DNA of 64,000 nt from Azolla caroliniana. Lineage: Eukaryota > Plantae > Polypodiophyta. The translations under genes and the position numbers were made by a program. The stretch covers positions 9,486,001 to 9,550,000 of the forward strand of contig JBHGNT010000002.1 of NCBI GenBank assembly GCA_043228905.1. Direction: 5' to 3'. The number at the start of each line of letters is the position of its first letter. Position 1 is the stretch's first letter. Below are positions 48,841 through 61,602 of the stretch, piece after piece. A model generated the notes under the pieces. It saw only the letters and a list, made by a program, of their open reading frames with translations, was not told where the DNA came from and made no database searches.

Positions 48841-51800
48841 TGTTGAGAGACAAGCTCAACATCGGCCGGATCGACTGAAGAAGCCGAGAACCGGATCGGT
48901 TGGGACCGATCGGTTAGGCCGAATGCGTAAACCGGTACGTAGACCGGTGCGTAGGTAGGGCCAGATTGGTGCGTAAACCAGGAGGCCGTTAGGAAAGATA
49001 TTCCGTGAGGAATATATTTGGGAGTTAGTGTAGGAGCTCTTAATGAGCATTGAAGTACGGTCAGTACTTTGGTCAGTCCTTCGAGGACTTGTATAAAAGT
49101 GTTCATGGAACACACATATGTATAGAGTAGTGAATTGAGATCTTTTGTTGTTGAATATAGTTCTTCTTTCTCTCTTTGTCTCTCCCACGTATACTGCGTA
49201 AGCTCAAGCTCTCCATTAAACCTGAGTGTTCTTCCTTCTGTTCTGTCTTCATACTTGCTTCCGCACGCTACTTTCTACATGGTATTAGAGTGCGAGGGTT
49301 GAGAACCTCTCTGCAGCCAACACAGCTTGACGAAGAAGAACAAGAAGAACGATGGATAGAGGCATGGCGAGCTCGCTTCCAACAGAGAAGCTCGACAGAA
49401 CCAACTACGCGTCTTGGTTCTACAAGATGCACCAGTACCTGCTCGGACACGGTTACTGGAGTTATGTCGAAGGAGCTAATGACGCGGCACCCGAATCGAC
49501 ACACAGAGACTTCCCGTCGTGGGAGCAATCGGCGAGCAGGGTATTATACTGCTTTGCGTCGTGTGTGGGCGAACAACTATTGAGCTATGTCCAGGATGCA
49601 AAGACGCCGAAGGGTGCGTGGGAAAATCTGAAGAAGATTTTCGCTGCGAACACCACAGCCATGAAACTTCAGCTCCGATAGGAGTTGAGCAACCTACGAC
49701 AACGCGACTTGTCGGTGGCGGACTATACCTCGAAGATCAAGGATATCTGCGACTCCCTCGCTTCCATAGAGGTGAACATTGAGGAGAGCGAGATGGTCCA
49801 GATCTGTCTCAGAGGTTTGGCGTCGAAGTTCGGAGCGTTCCGAACGGCTGTGTGTACCCGGGAGAATATGCCGTCCTTTTTCGACTTACAATCGATGCTC
49901 CTGGTAGAGGAGAACCACGCGGGTGCGTCTACAAGCACGCACGCCGACAACAAAATGTTGTACACGGAGGGAGATAGGCCCCGTGGACGTGGAGGACGAG
50001 GCGAGTCGGCGCGCAATGGAGGCGGCCGACGAGATCAAGGAAGAAGGCACCGAAGTGATGCCGACAGCAACTCCGGACCCTGAAACAGGGGGAGTCGAAG
50101 CGATGAGAACCGGCAAGGGAAGGCCATCGCGGAGTGTTGGTACTGTGGCAAGAAAGCCCACAGGGAAAGTGAGTGCTGGAAGAAGCGTGCCGATTCGGAG
50201 AGAACCGGTTCCGGAAACGGCTCCGGACATACCGACAAGGGAAATCGGCAGCGATCGCACTACGCCGAAGACTCCGGGAGAGTCGGAGAAGGGTCTGTCT
50301 TCGTGACGGGACACAAAGCAAACTCAATGAAACGTACCACCCCGAGATCGGACGAGGTGTGGTACGTAGACTCCAGCGTGTCAAACCACATGACGAGCCA
50401 TAAGGAGTGGTTCTCGTACCTTGAAAAACCGATACAACCTGGAGTAGTCGCAACTGGAGACGACACTCCGCATCCGATCGCGAATGTCAGAGAAGTTCCC
50501 CTTAGCCATGTCGGGTAGAAAGGGAAGCTCATGAACGTACTACACATTCCGACAATCACAAAGAACTTGGTCTCGGTCGGACAGATCGTCGACCACGGGA
50601 TGGAGGTTCGGTTTACACACCTCGGGTGCTTCATTGAGGAAGAAGGTCGTGTGATTGCGCAAGGGCGCAGAGACGGGAGGATGTTCATCCTCGATTCCAC
50701 TGACGGCGGCACCGCAATGTTCGCGAAGGGACAAAAATCCGAGTCGGACATCGACTTGTGGCACAAGCGGATAGGCCACGTCAACTACCAGCGGCTTCAA
50801 GATCAGCAATCATAGTTCTAGCCATACGTCCCATTCGTGTCATCATACTCAAACGCCAATATTCGTATCATACTCATACATGAAAAGGCTCCAAGTATGA
50901 TTGAAATCCATACGCGGTACATAGATATATTATATATACATATGGTGTATATGGTGTACATAGTGTGTGTGTGTGTGAGGGGGAGAGAGAGAGAGAGAGA
51001 GAGAGAGAGGAGCTATGGGTTTTGTCTGTGTGAGGGAGTATGTAATATGTATATTAGATATCTAGAATTTGTAGAGAGAGAAAATCTGTCAGTTCTCGTG
51101 AGAGAGAGAGAGTGTGTGTGTGTATGTGTGTCAGATGTCACTTCTATTCACAAAATATTATGAATATCAAAAATTAAAAAAACCAAAAAAAAGTCAAAAG
51201 AAAAAAAAAAGCCAAACGAATATCGCGTATCATACGCGTACGTTTGCAAACGTTCACGTACGTCCAGTAAATTGGACGTACTCGAATATTAGGAACTATG
51301 TCTGCAATCGAAACAGGTAGTGTTCGGATTGCCCAAATTTAGTGGCCGAAAGGCACAAATTTGTGAAGCCTACCAGCTCGGGAAGCAACACCGACTTCCT
51401 TTCCCCAACCAGCAAAACCGGAGCCGGAACAAGCTCGACCTTATACACTCCGATGTGTGGGGGTCGGCACAAAACGTTAGTCTTGGCGGGAGCCGATATT
51501 TCGTCTCCTAATCGACAGCCACACGCGGCACATGTGGATCTACCTCATTGAGAGGAAGAGCGAAGTCTTCGACTGTTTCTGTGACCTCAAAGGGTTCGTG
51601 GAAACGGAAACGAGACGAAAGATCAAGTTCCTAAGGTCGGATGGCGGAAAAGAGTACTTTTCCGGTCAATTTAACGGTTATCTACAACAAATGGGAATTC
51701 GGTGCGAATTCAGTTGTAGATACACGCCGGAGCAGAACGGCGTGGTCAGTCAGTTGTGGAAGCGGCACGGGCAATTCTGGAGGAGAAGAGCTTGCCCAAG

Positions 51801-53922
51801 TTCTACTGGGCCGAGGCGGTAAGGACCGCAGTATACATCCAAAACCGGATCGGAGACAAAGTGTCGGCGCACGAGCTATATTTCGGAACGAAGCCGAACT
51901 TGCGACACTTGAGGGTGTTCGGTAGCATTGCGTATGTGCATGTACCAAAGGAGAAAAGGAGGAAGTTGGATGCAAAGGCCGAGAAATGCATCTTGGTCGG
52001 TTACTCGGACGAGCAGAAGGGTTATAAGTGCTATAACCCTCGCACCAAACAAGCGCGTGTTAGCCGTGACGTTGTGTTTGACAAGTTCACGTCTTGGTAC
52101 CAGCCCCCGACTCCGAACCCCGACTCCAAGCCGAGTTTTGACGATGAGTTCAGCAAGGCCAAGATGCCTCCGGATGAGCCCGAAATCAAGACCCGCGAAG
52201 AGAGTCTGATTTCACTCCGTTTAAGTGGACCGATTGGATGACTGAGTCGGCATGATCAGTTCGATGAAGAGCCGGCGAGTAGTGGAGACTCGGTCGTGCA
52301 TTCCCCGTGCAAGAAACCGAGGAGACGACTTACGCGCAAAGACAAAGGGAAGAAGAAGGTGTCGGATCCCGGCACGAATAGGAACGAGTCAGACCGATGC
52401 GAGTCCGACTCCGAGGGAACCGGCGACGGGTCTTTAAAGGTGAAGTCCGCATCATCCGAGAAGGCCTCGACATCGGCTAATGCGAGATTACGCCGATCTA
52501 CCCGCCAGAAGAATCCTGTTTTGCGGTTCAGATACAACGAGTACATGGCGCATCATTATGCGTACATTACCCGAAGGCATATTGATCAGCCAACGTCATT
52601 ACGTGCTGAGTATGCTCTTCAAATTCAGGATGGCCGATTGTAAGTCCGTCTCGACTCCTCTGGACAGAACCGTCAAGCTTCGTCCTGGTACGGGAAAGGT
52701 ATGCGACCTGACGAGGTTCTGACAAATTGTCGGAAGCCTCATATACTTGACCATCACCCGACCCGACCTCAGTTATCTGGTCGGAGTGATCAATCAGTTC
52801 ATGGCGCGACCTACCGAGGAGCACCTTTAGTGTGCGCAACGCATACTTCGGTATGTCAGCGGCACTAAGGACCGGGGACTGCTATATCGGACCGGTGCAA
52901 CCGCGCAGTTAGTCGGTTACACCGATGCTGATTGGGCTGGCAACGTCGTCGATCGCCGATCCACGTCCGGATACGCGTTCTCCCTCGAGAGTGCCGCGAT
53001 CGCGTGGAGCAGTAAGAAGCAGCCGACAATTGCACTGTCGAGCACCAAAGCTGAGTACCAAGGAGCAGCTGTTGCGACATGCGAAGCCATATGGTTAAAG
53101 TGGCTACTTAAGGACCTGCAAGAGGAGGTGTCAGATCCGACGACGATCTACTGCGACAACCTCAGCAACATTCAGCTCGCAAAAAACCCCGTTTTCCACG
53201 CACGGACCAAGCACATTGAGGTGCACTACCATTTCGTCCGTGAGCGTGTCCTTTCCGATGAAGTTGAACTTCAGTACGTGCCGACCGATCTGCAGACTGC
53301 CGACATCTTCACTAAGCCTCTTGGGGAGCAGCCGAAGGAGAGAGCCGAAGCCAACCACGCATGGGGGAGATGACGCCATCGAGGGCAAGAAGACCGAAGA
53401 CGGGTTGGAGACAGCCAACTCGGACGAGAGCGAAAACCGATTGGAGGTAGCTGAGTCGGTTCGGATGTTTGATTCAGACACATTGAATCAACCGAGGCCC
53501 AAGCGGAAGAAAAGGCAGCAGAAGAAGTGTCGACACCGCAACAGCAGAAGAGCTGATAAGGGCCACATGAGCAGACAAGCCGACCGGAAGGGTCGAAGCG
53601 CGCGGAGTCGAACAGGTCGTGGAGCGCGAGCGAGGCATGAAGCCAGGAGGAACCGGAGTTGTGAGCCCGAAGATCTCGAAGAGCCTCAAGTTGAGCTTGA
53701 GGGGGAGTGTTGAGAGATAAGGTCAACATCAGCCGGATCGGCTGAAGAAGCCGAGGACCGGATCGGTTGGGACCGATCGGTTAGGCCGAATGCGTAAACC
53801 GGTACGCAGACCGGTGCGTAGGTAGGGCCGGATCGGTGCGTAAACCGGGAGGCCGTTAGGAAAGATATTCCGTGAGGAATATATTTGGGAGTTAGTGTAG
53901 GAGCTCTTAATGAGCATTGAAG
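48841..53922 (+). mobile_element. Element H: Copia of the same family as C, with RT deletion and truncated 3' LTR
   Basis: 5' LTR 48841-49279; PBS TGGTATTAGAGT; collinear with C; 3' LTR 53708-53922 stops abruptly. Confidence 0.93.
50811..51300. mobile_element. hAT-type MITE (490 bp) inside H
   Basis: TIR CATAGTTC...GAACTATG; 8-bp TSD TCAGCAAT/TCTGCAAT; absent at the matching site of C (~35635). Confidence 0.88.
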
Positions 53923-56079
53923 ATGATCTCGGAACAACAAACCCTCTTATATGGTGAAGGTGTCAAGATCCTTCCTTTTGGTCGCCTTGGAGGGGTTTTA
54001 CTGACTATCTCGAATCTCGTTGGCGAACGCATCGGTCTTGGATGCATCAATGATTCGTTGGAGTAAAGAATCATCCTGCAACATACAAGTGGCAAACAGA
54101 TGCAATTGGTCGAGTTTCAACAAACGTCTAGATTGTTGAGCATAAGCAGCATCCCCAGGGCGGAGTGCAAGGTCAGCTCGGCGAGAAAGGGCATCAGCCT
54201 TCCCATGTTGGCCACCAAGTCGAAATACGACCTCAAAATCGTAGTCGGCGAGAAATGTCGACCAACGGGCCTACCTTCGATTCAAAGTACGAGTGGTGGA
54301 AAAATAAACTAAATTTTTATGATCAGTCACTACTTGGACACGATGTTGTGCGCCGGCCAAGTAGGGTCGCCATTCTTCAAAGGCAACAATGATAGAAGCA
54401 AGCTCCTTGTCGTAAATGGGATAATTGATTTCGGATGCCATAAATTTTTGGGAATAGTAAGCCACTGGGTGCATTAGGTTGTTGTCGTCTGCTTGGGATA
54501 AGATGGCACCAATGGCAAAGTCAGAGGCATCGGTTTCGACTTGGAAGGGTTTTGTGGGGTCGGCATGTAGCAGCACCGGGGCAGTGATGAATGCGTGTTT
54601 GAGTGAGTCGAACGCATTTTGTGCCTCCGAGGTCCATAAAAATGGAGTGCCTTTATGGGTGAGAGCGATAAGAGGTTGTGCTAGGGTGGAAAACCCCTTG
54701 ATGAAGCGACGGTAAACATTCACAAAGCCGAGGAAGGATTGCACATCTTTAAGTCGCCTTGGAGTCACCCACGCCTGAATGACAGAGACCTTCTTCATAT
54801 CCATGGTGATGCCAGTGGGCGAGATGATGTAGCCCAGAAATTCGATCGAGGTACGGTCGAACTCGCATTTCTCGCCTTTGGCATAAAGGCCATGCTCGCG
54901 AAGTTTGGCAAGAACTAATCGGACTTGGCGAGTGTGCTCCTCCATGTTTGGCGAGAAAATGAGAATATCATCGAGGTAAATGACAACAAAAAGATCAAGA
55001 TATTCCCGGAAAATATCGTTCATCATATGTTGACAAACTGCAGGAGCGTTAGTAAGACCAAAAGGCATTACCTTGTATTTGAAATGCCCATACCGTGTTC
55101 GAAATGCGGTTTTCCATTCATCCCCCGGCTTGATGTGTACTAGATTGTACGCTCCACGCAGATCAACTTTGGAGAAGACACGCGCAACTCGGAGCCGATC
55201 AAGGAGTTCAGGGATCAGAGGTAGCGGATAGCGGTTGCGCACAGTGAGTTTGTTGAGACCTCGGTAGTCGACGCATAAGCGTAGAGAGTCGTCCTTCTTC
55301 TTCACAAATAAAATGGGGGCCCCGGCTGGTGACTTAGAAGGTTGAATAAAGCCCTTCTTGAGGTTCTCATCGAGATACACACGAAGGGCCTTCAACTCTG
55401 GTGCAGACAACGCATATAGAAGACCAAAGGGTGGACACGCACCTTCTTGAAGATCAATCGGACAGTCGTAGAGCCGGTGTTCAGCCAACCGATTAGCATT
55501 ACATTTTTCAAATACGTCGGAGAAGTGTTGGTATTTTTCGGGAATAACATGGAGTGTGTTAGAAATGACGCCACAAACAAACCCATCCTAGACGGATGAT
55601 GGGGTAGTTAATTCGGAGTCGACCGTCTCCGAAGGATAGGAAACTGAATTTACCTTCATACTTTTGCACGAGCATCTTGGCTTGCTAAATGTGATCGAGC
55701 GGTTGCACCAATCCACTATTGGATTGTGCGCCTCCAACCACGTTAGTCCTAAGACGATTTGATGTCGAGGAGATGCGATGAGGTAAAAGGTGAGCTCCTC
55801 TTGGTGTGAGCTCACCCGAAGCCCTAATGGGATTGTAACTTGAGTAATTGCACCTGACGAGAGGACGCACCCGTCGATGGCTTCAACTAGAATGGGTTTT
55901 GAGAGGCCAACGACAGGTACGCCATGTGCTTGGGCAAATGCGACGTCGATGAAGCAAGAAGATGCCCCAGAATCAAGTAAAGCAACAGACTGAATGGAAC
56001 TAGAGTTAAACGAAAGCCATACCTCCAATGTGAAATTGCCTGATGGTCCGGCAATGGAACCAAGAGAATGTGGGCGACG

Positions 56080-56130
56080 GGAGATGTCCAGTTGCATGGC
56101 TCCTACTGCAACCGAACGATGTCGTTTTCC
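56080..56130 (-). promoter_or_regulatory. Putative -1 ribosomal frameshift signal, gag/pol of I
   Basis: G GAA AAC, 6-nt spacer, 11-bp stem GTTCGGTTGCA/TGCAACTGGAC; pol in the -1 frame. Confidence 0.7.
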
Positions 56131-57156
56131 GGATGTTGGGGTCCGTTAGCTCGATGGAATTGTGGGCGAGTACTCCTAGGACAATGGCGAACGACATGAC
56201 CGGAGGCGCCACAATACATGCACAAGACATTAGCCCACCGAAATTGTTGTTTAGCATCAGTCAATGGCCAAAATCGGGCTTGATCAATTTCCATGGGGAC
56301 AGGAGCATCTGCCGAAGTAGGCGAGTGTGAGGATGCTTGGGGTTGTATGACCGGGGCGTGGCGTGGAAGTGAATGAGGTGGAACCCAAGTCCGGCGCTCT
56401 TCTTGGCGAAATTCGAAAAGACGATTGTCACAATGGACTGCTTGTGAAATCGCTTTGGATAACGAGGTGGGCTCCAGAAAGTTTAAGAGAAGATTCTTGA
56501 CATTGCTTCGAAGACCGCGCCAAAAGTGATCAGCTAAAGCTTGATCATCCCAATTGACGTCGCATGCTAGTTGTCGAAATTCAGAAGCATAGACCGAAGC
56601 TGCACGTGAACCTTGTTCGAGTGCATAAATCTTGTTAAGAGTTGTACGTCGTCGGTCCGTCTCTCCAAATGTGGCCTCTAACTCGGCAAGGAAGGCGAGA
56701 AAGTCCTCCCATAAAGGTGATGAGGTTTCTACCAATGGTGCAAACCAAGCTTGGGCCGGACCGGAGAGAAGGGTGCCCACAAGGCCGACTTGTCGAAGAC
56801 CATCTCCATAACGTTGAGGTTGTAGCCGAATGATAAGTCGAACTTGGTTGATGAACCCTCGAAAACGCGACCTCGTTCCATCAAATTTTTCTGGGAGGCT
56901 AACCTTAGGCTCAAGAAACTGTGACGAAGCTAGGCTAGATGTTGGTAGAAGATCGGGCTCTAAGCTAGGTTGTTGTGGGAGACTAGGGTTCGGGGGTTGT
57001 GAGGATAGGGAGGTACCGACTTGAAGTTCTTGTAAAGAATTTCGAAGAGCTTCATTTTCAAGTTGTAGTTGTCGTAAGGCTACCATTATTTGGCCTAACT
57101 CACTAGTTGAGTCGGACATAGCTATGGCTTATGAGAGGGAGAGCTATGAGGATGGG

Positions 57157-57167
57157 AAGGTGAACAA
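57157..57167 (-). promoter_or_regulatory. Self-priming PBS of element I
   Basis: AAGGTGAACAA is the exact reverse complement of LTR 57262-57272, which starts 32 nt downstream of minus-strand TATAAATAG (57304). Confidence 0.8.
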
Positions 57168-58647
57168 ACTGTCACGGATCATAAACTCAAGAGACAAGCA
57201 AGAAGATAACCAAATGGACAAGAAAGAAGATAGTATTAAAGGAAAGACTCCATAACTGGTGTTGTTCACCTTGAATTCCTTCAAGGTGAACTCCTCTATT
57301 TATACTACATGGCATGCATACTTGTTGCACGCATGTGAATCTACAATAGAGCATGCAGGTATGCATGCATGTGCCAAGTGTAAATACTACAAGGGAGCAA
57401 CTATGCACATGATGCTAGCAAAATAATAAGGACCAATTACATACATAACTAGTACTAGATATCTTGGTTAACTCATAATACTAGATTATAACATGGTTGT
57501 GTCAAGAGTTCGAATCCTGACATTGGTGTTCAGAAGCATTGCGAATGTACGCATCGCGAACGAAAGTCGAGAGAAGCCCGACGCGAAGTCGGAAGAATGT
57601 ATCCTCATAGGATACTTGTCCGCGAAAAAGGCGTACAAGTGCTTCAACCTTTCGATCCGAGCGGTGCGGATAAGTCGCAACGTCGTTTTCGACAAATCGG
57701 CATCTTGGTATAAGCCCGATGCGACTCCATCTGACCCGATCGAGGAAGAGTTGAATGCCAACTCGGACGACGAAACTCGGCCAAGTCCTCCACCGAAGGA
57801 CAATCCAAGCTCTACCGAGCTAATTGGCCCACAAGAGCCTCCACGTGATGAAAACACGTTGTGGCCAAGTTCGACATCGGACAAAGGCAAAGGTAAGATG
57901 CCCGAATACGAATTTGAAGTCCACCCTGACGACCGTGATTCGGATGATTCGGCTTGCTCACTAGACAATGAGTTTGTTGTACCCATACCCGGAGTAAATG
58001 AGAAACTCCGCCGCTCATCACGAGCGAAGACCCAAGTCACTCGTTACGCCTACAACGAGTATATGGCCCATCACTATGCCCTCGCGATGAAGGTCGAACA
58101 AGAACCCGAGGATCCAAGCCTTCGTCACAGGCTTGAGGCCGAGAATAAGCCGCGAAGAGCCGCACAACAAAGCCGCGGAGAGCCGCGCAACAAGGCCGCT
58201 AAGCCGCAAAGAGCCGCGCAACGAAGCCGCACAACGCTGCAAAGAAAGCCGCAAGCCGCACCGATGCCAACGAAGCCGAAGGAAGCTAAACTGGACGTTG
58301 GACGCCTCACACTTGAGTTTGAGGGGGCGTGTTGAGATATCAAGCTCAACTAGTTTAATCTAGTTAGTCAACACATGTAACTTAGTAGTTACCTAGATCG
58401 AATCTAGTTAATGTGTTGACCTTAAGCCTTTAAATAAGACCTTGTACTTAAGTGGGATATTCTAGATCCTCCACTCCTTAGTACATTTAATGTAGGACTT
58501 ACACATAAGCACCTATGTTCTACCCACACATGTGCACCTTTGCACATGGGTTGTATATATACCTCATTGTGGGTATTTTTGTATGTTGATGACACTTTTC
58601 AATATAGTCAATCATCCCCCATTTATCTTCGTGTTCATAAGTGTAAC

Positions 58648-58697
<50 letters not shown>

Positions 58698-61602
58698 TCA
58701 CTCACGTGCATATCATACTAATCTTCCGTTGCTTAACGTAACCATATAATTAGTCTCTACTTAACCCTAGTTAATTACCTAATTACTTAACAGTACCATT
58801 ATTGTATATTACTATTCCAAAATGGAAAAAAAAGGGCATTCAAGACTCTTTAAAGACCTTTTGCATGCAGACACACAACCCAAGAAAGAAAGTACCTTAC
58901 TGTTCACACACGTGGTGCCATGGCTCGAAGAAACTTGGAAGATGATTTCTCTCGCCAAACCACACAAAAAGCAAGCCTGAGTATTTTACCAAGTATTTCG
59001 CGCATAAAAGAACATAGAGCTCAAAGGAGAAGACTCCCCCGCTCCCCTCACTCTCCCCCTCCATCCTCTTCTCACCATGGCCATCGACATTCCTCCTACC
59101 CTTAGACAATGGCTCATCAACCACGGCTTAGCAGGTTACATCATATTCGTCGAGGCCAAAGCCCACCCCAACGCCCACAACATCGGCATGAAAATTAATG
59201 TCGATACTATCACCAACCCCATGATCAGAAAAAAGTAGGGCCTGAGTCCACTCGGAGATCAGTGTTTCGATATTCCTCCAACCGTTGTGTTGGAGAAGTA
59301 TTTTGGGGAGTATTCTGCCTCCGCAAAGGCGTATAAAACGTAGAAGGATCCAGAAATCTTCTTCCGAGATGTCGCCAAATTTCTATTGGAGATCGCCTGC
59401 ATGCATCCCAAATCTTATGGGATGCCGAAGCACAAGGTGGGAATTATCGTAGCGACGTACGAAGACGCTCCAATCGATTGGGGCTTCGTCACAGGTGCAG
59501 CCTCACACACCGGACTCCTCGTGCTACATGTTGGGAAGATATTGCTCCCAATCATCGCACAGTACTTGACAATATTGTTTCCACCCATAGCAAAACTCCC
59601 CAATTCAACACGACTTTCGAACTCATCAAATTCCTCGCCACACAACAGGTCGCAATAGCTCAGCGCATGGCTGAAGAGCACACGAAGAGGCAGATGATCC
59701 AGTGAGCTATAACTATATTAATCTAGCCAGAGGAAGAACAGACCCTAAGCAAGATCGGCTACAAGCGGCACGCTAACGGAGGGCAGATGGCAATCGAGTT
59801 GCGAGCGTTGAACATGGCCTTGGTCGAAATTCACTAGGAATTGGCTCACGTGCGCTTAGGAGCAAAACATGTGGCCCACATAAATAAGTAAGCATGGCGA
59901 ACAACAAAAGAGACTAAGCCGGAACTGCAGGACGCGTACAATTCGATCGCCCAATTAGAACAACTGCAGGAAGCCAAATCGGCTACCACCACAGATGGCC
60001 CCTCCAAAACCGAAATCCAGGCACTACGCAAGGAAGTCGAAGCACAGCAAGCAATGACGGCAAAAGGCAAAGAAGGTGGCCACAATTGCTGAAACATAGA
60101 TCGAGCCGTTACACAATTGTTTTATGTATATTGTATAATATATTCATCATGTAGGATGTGCAAGTCTTATACAATCTCCCCATCAGTTTTGCTTATTCTT
60201 TTTGGCCTTTCGTGGGAGATTGATATAGTGAGAAAGGCCAAAAAGGTTACTTCTTTCTCTGTTATCCATCTTTTTTCACTAAAGGTAAAACAACTCTACC
60301 ACTTCTCGCTCACCCTACAACAAAACTTAGAACTTATACATTCTCCAATGTGCACGTACACAAAAGTTATACCCTCACCAAAATTCCAAGGAAATAAATC
60401 TAACTCTTTGAAAACATTGACATCCTCCAACATTGCACACAAAGACTGGACACCCTATCCTCCTTGGTTCAAGTCCTTGGTGATCATCCTCTATTTTTTT
60501 TAGTAACACTTTTATTACTAGTGGGAAACCTCAAAATGAGGTGAAAACCAACAAAGAATAAAGAAAAATATACAAGTGTCGATTAGACACTAAAGAGCTT
60601 AAAAGCACTCAAAGAAAATATTGTAAATTTGCAATGTGATGTCTCTAAGTTGTAGACAATCAAATAGAGATTGCTTGAGGGATTGCTTAAAGAAGCTAAC
60701 TTCATGCAGTTGGTTTCGATCAAAGACCTTATTATTGTGAGCTGTCCAAATGGTCCAGAGTGCCCAAAATCGTGTCAATTGGAGAAAATAGGCATTGTTG
60801 GATAGGGCACACGAAATTTTTCCAAATATTCAAAAGCCTAGGTGATCATGCTCACATTTCACATGCACGCGAATTTTGTGCGAAATTGTATCCAAAGTTG
60901 CTTATTGCATCATTTACATAAACCATCTTTCCTAAAAATTAAACCTAGCTACATGGTATCACCAATCAATTGAAGCTTCTTTTGTCGTGCATATAAACTC
61001 ACTTAGCAACTTTCTTGCATCATGTACACCGATCAAATCACTATTATTCAATAAACCCTACACTCATGGGAGATTCTCTTCTTGACAAAAGTTACAAGAG
61101 TATGATTGTTATCTTAAAAAAGACCCAATCAAAGGTTTCATTTACATGAGTACATTCCTGCATTCTCATGCACACTCAGTACAAAAGGCCATAGACCTCA
61201 ACTTAAACAAATATTGTATTTTCAGAGCAAATGATGAAAAATGGACGTAGGGTCGCTAAATTTTGAAATTGAAGCAATCCATTACATTGGAACATTTTCC
61301 CAATGCTTTTCATTACTGAAATTCCCATTAGGTAAAACACCAAACTACAGTTCAACATTCAGCATGTGGAAAAAACTCTTTGTAATTTTTAAGGGATTGT
61401 GAAACCTTAGCAAGATCAATCAAATTGACAAAAACTGACAAATTTCAGTATTTCCCCTGTTTCTTAAGAAAGAAACTTGGCGTACCATCTATAACCCAAG
61501 CCTTTGGAATTAAAGCTTTTAAAAGATTGAAGCATATTCTTAAACCTCCTTGCAGAATCTTTTCATTCCAATCCAGGTTAAGACAAGTTGCATCGAGAAT
61601 AC

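Larger units (their letters stand above)
53923..57522 (-). mobile_element. Element I: chromovirus-type Gypsy, 5' part (LTR, gag, PR, RT, RH)
   Basis: LTR 57170-57522 (TG...CA); gag 56103-57119 (PEKFDG, PMEID, CMYCG..GH...C); PR LLDSGA; RT YLDD; RH ETDASD, TDHKNL; integrase and 3' LTR lost. Confidence 0.93.
47404..58792 (+). mobile_element. Element G: Copia with internal deletions, hosting H and I
   Basis: TSD GTACC (47399-47403, 58793-58797); LTRs 47404-47882 and 58330-58792; PBS TGGTATCAGAGC 47883-47894; gag 48059-48840; INT C-terminus 57523-58110; no RT or RH; PPT before 58330. Confidence 0.95.
47173..60110 (+). mobile_element. Segment F: LTR-like promoter region (split by G) followed by a degenerate unknown ORF
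   Basis: Starts TGTCG; CTATAAATAG near 47375; resumes at 58798 after TSD; TGGTGCCA at 58913; broken ORF ~58920-60090 with PIDWG and a coiled-coil-like tail. Confidence 0.45.

Noticed and set aside
60117-61600. ORFs downstream of DPB4
   Set aside because: Non-ATG starts, no recognisable domains; probably UTR or intergenic
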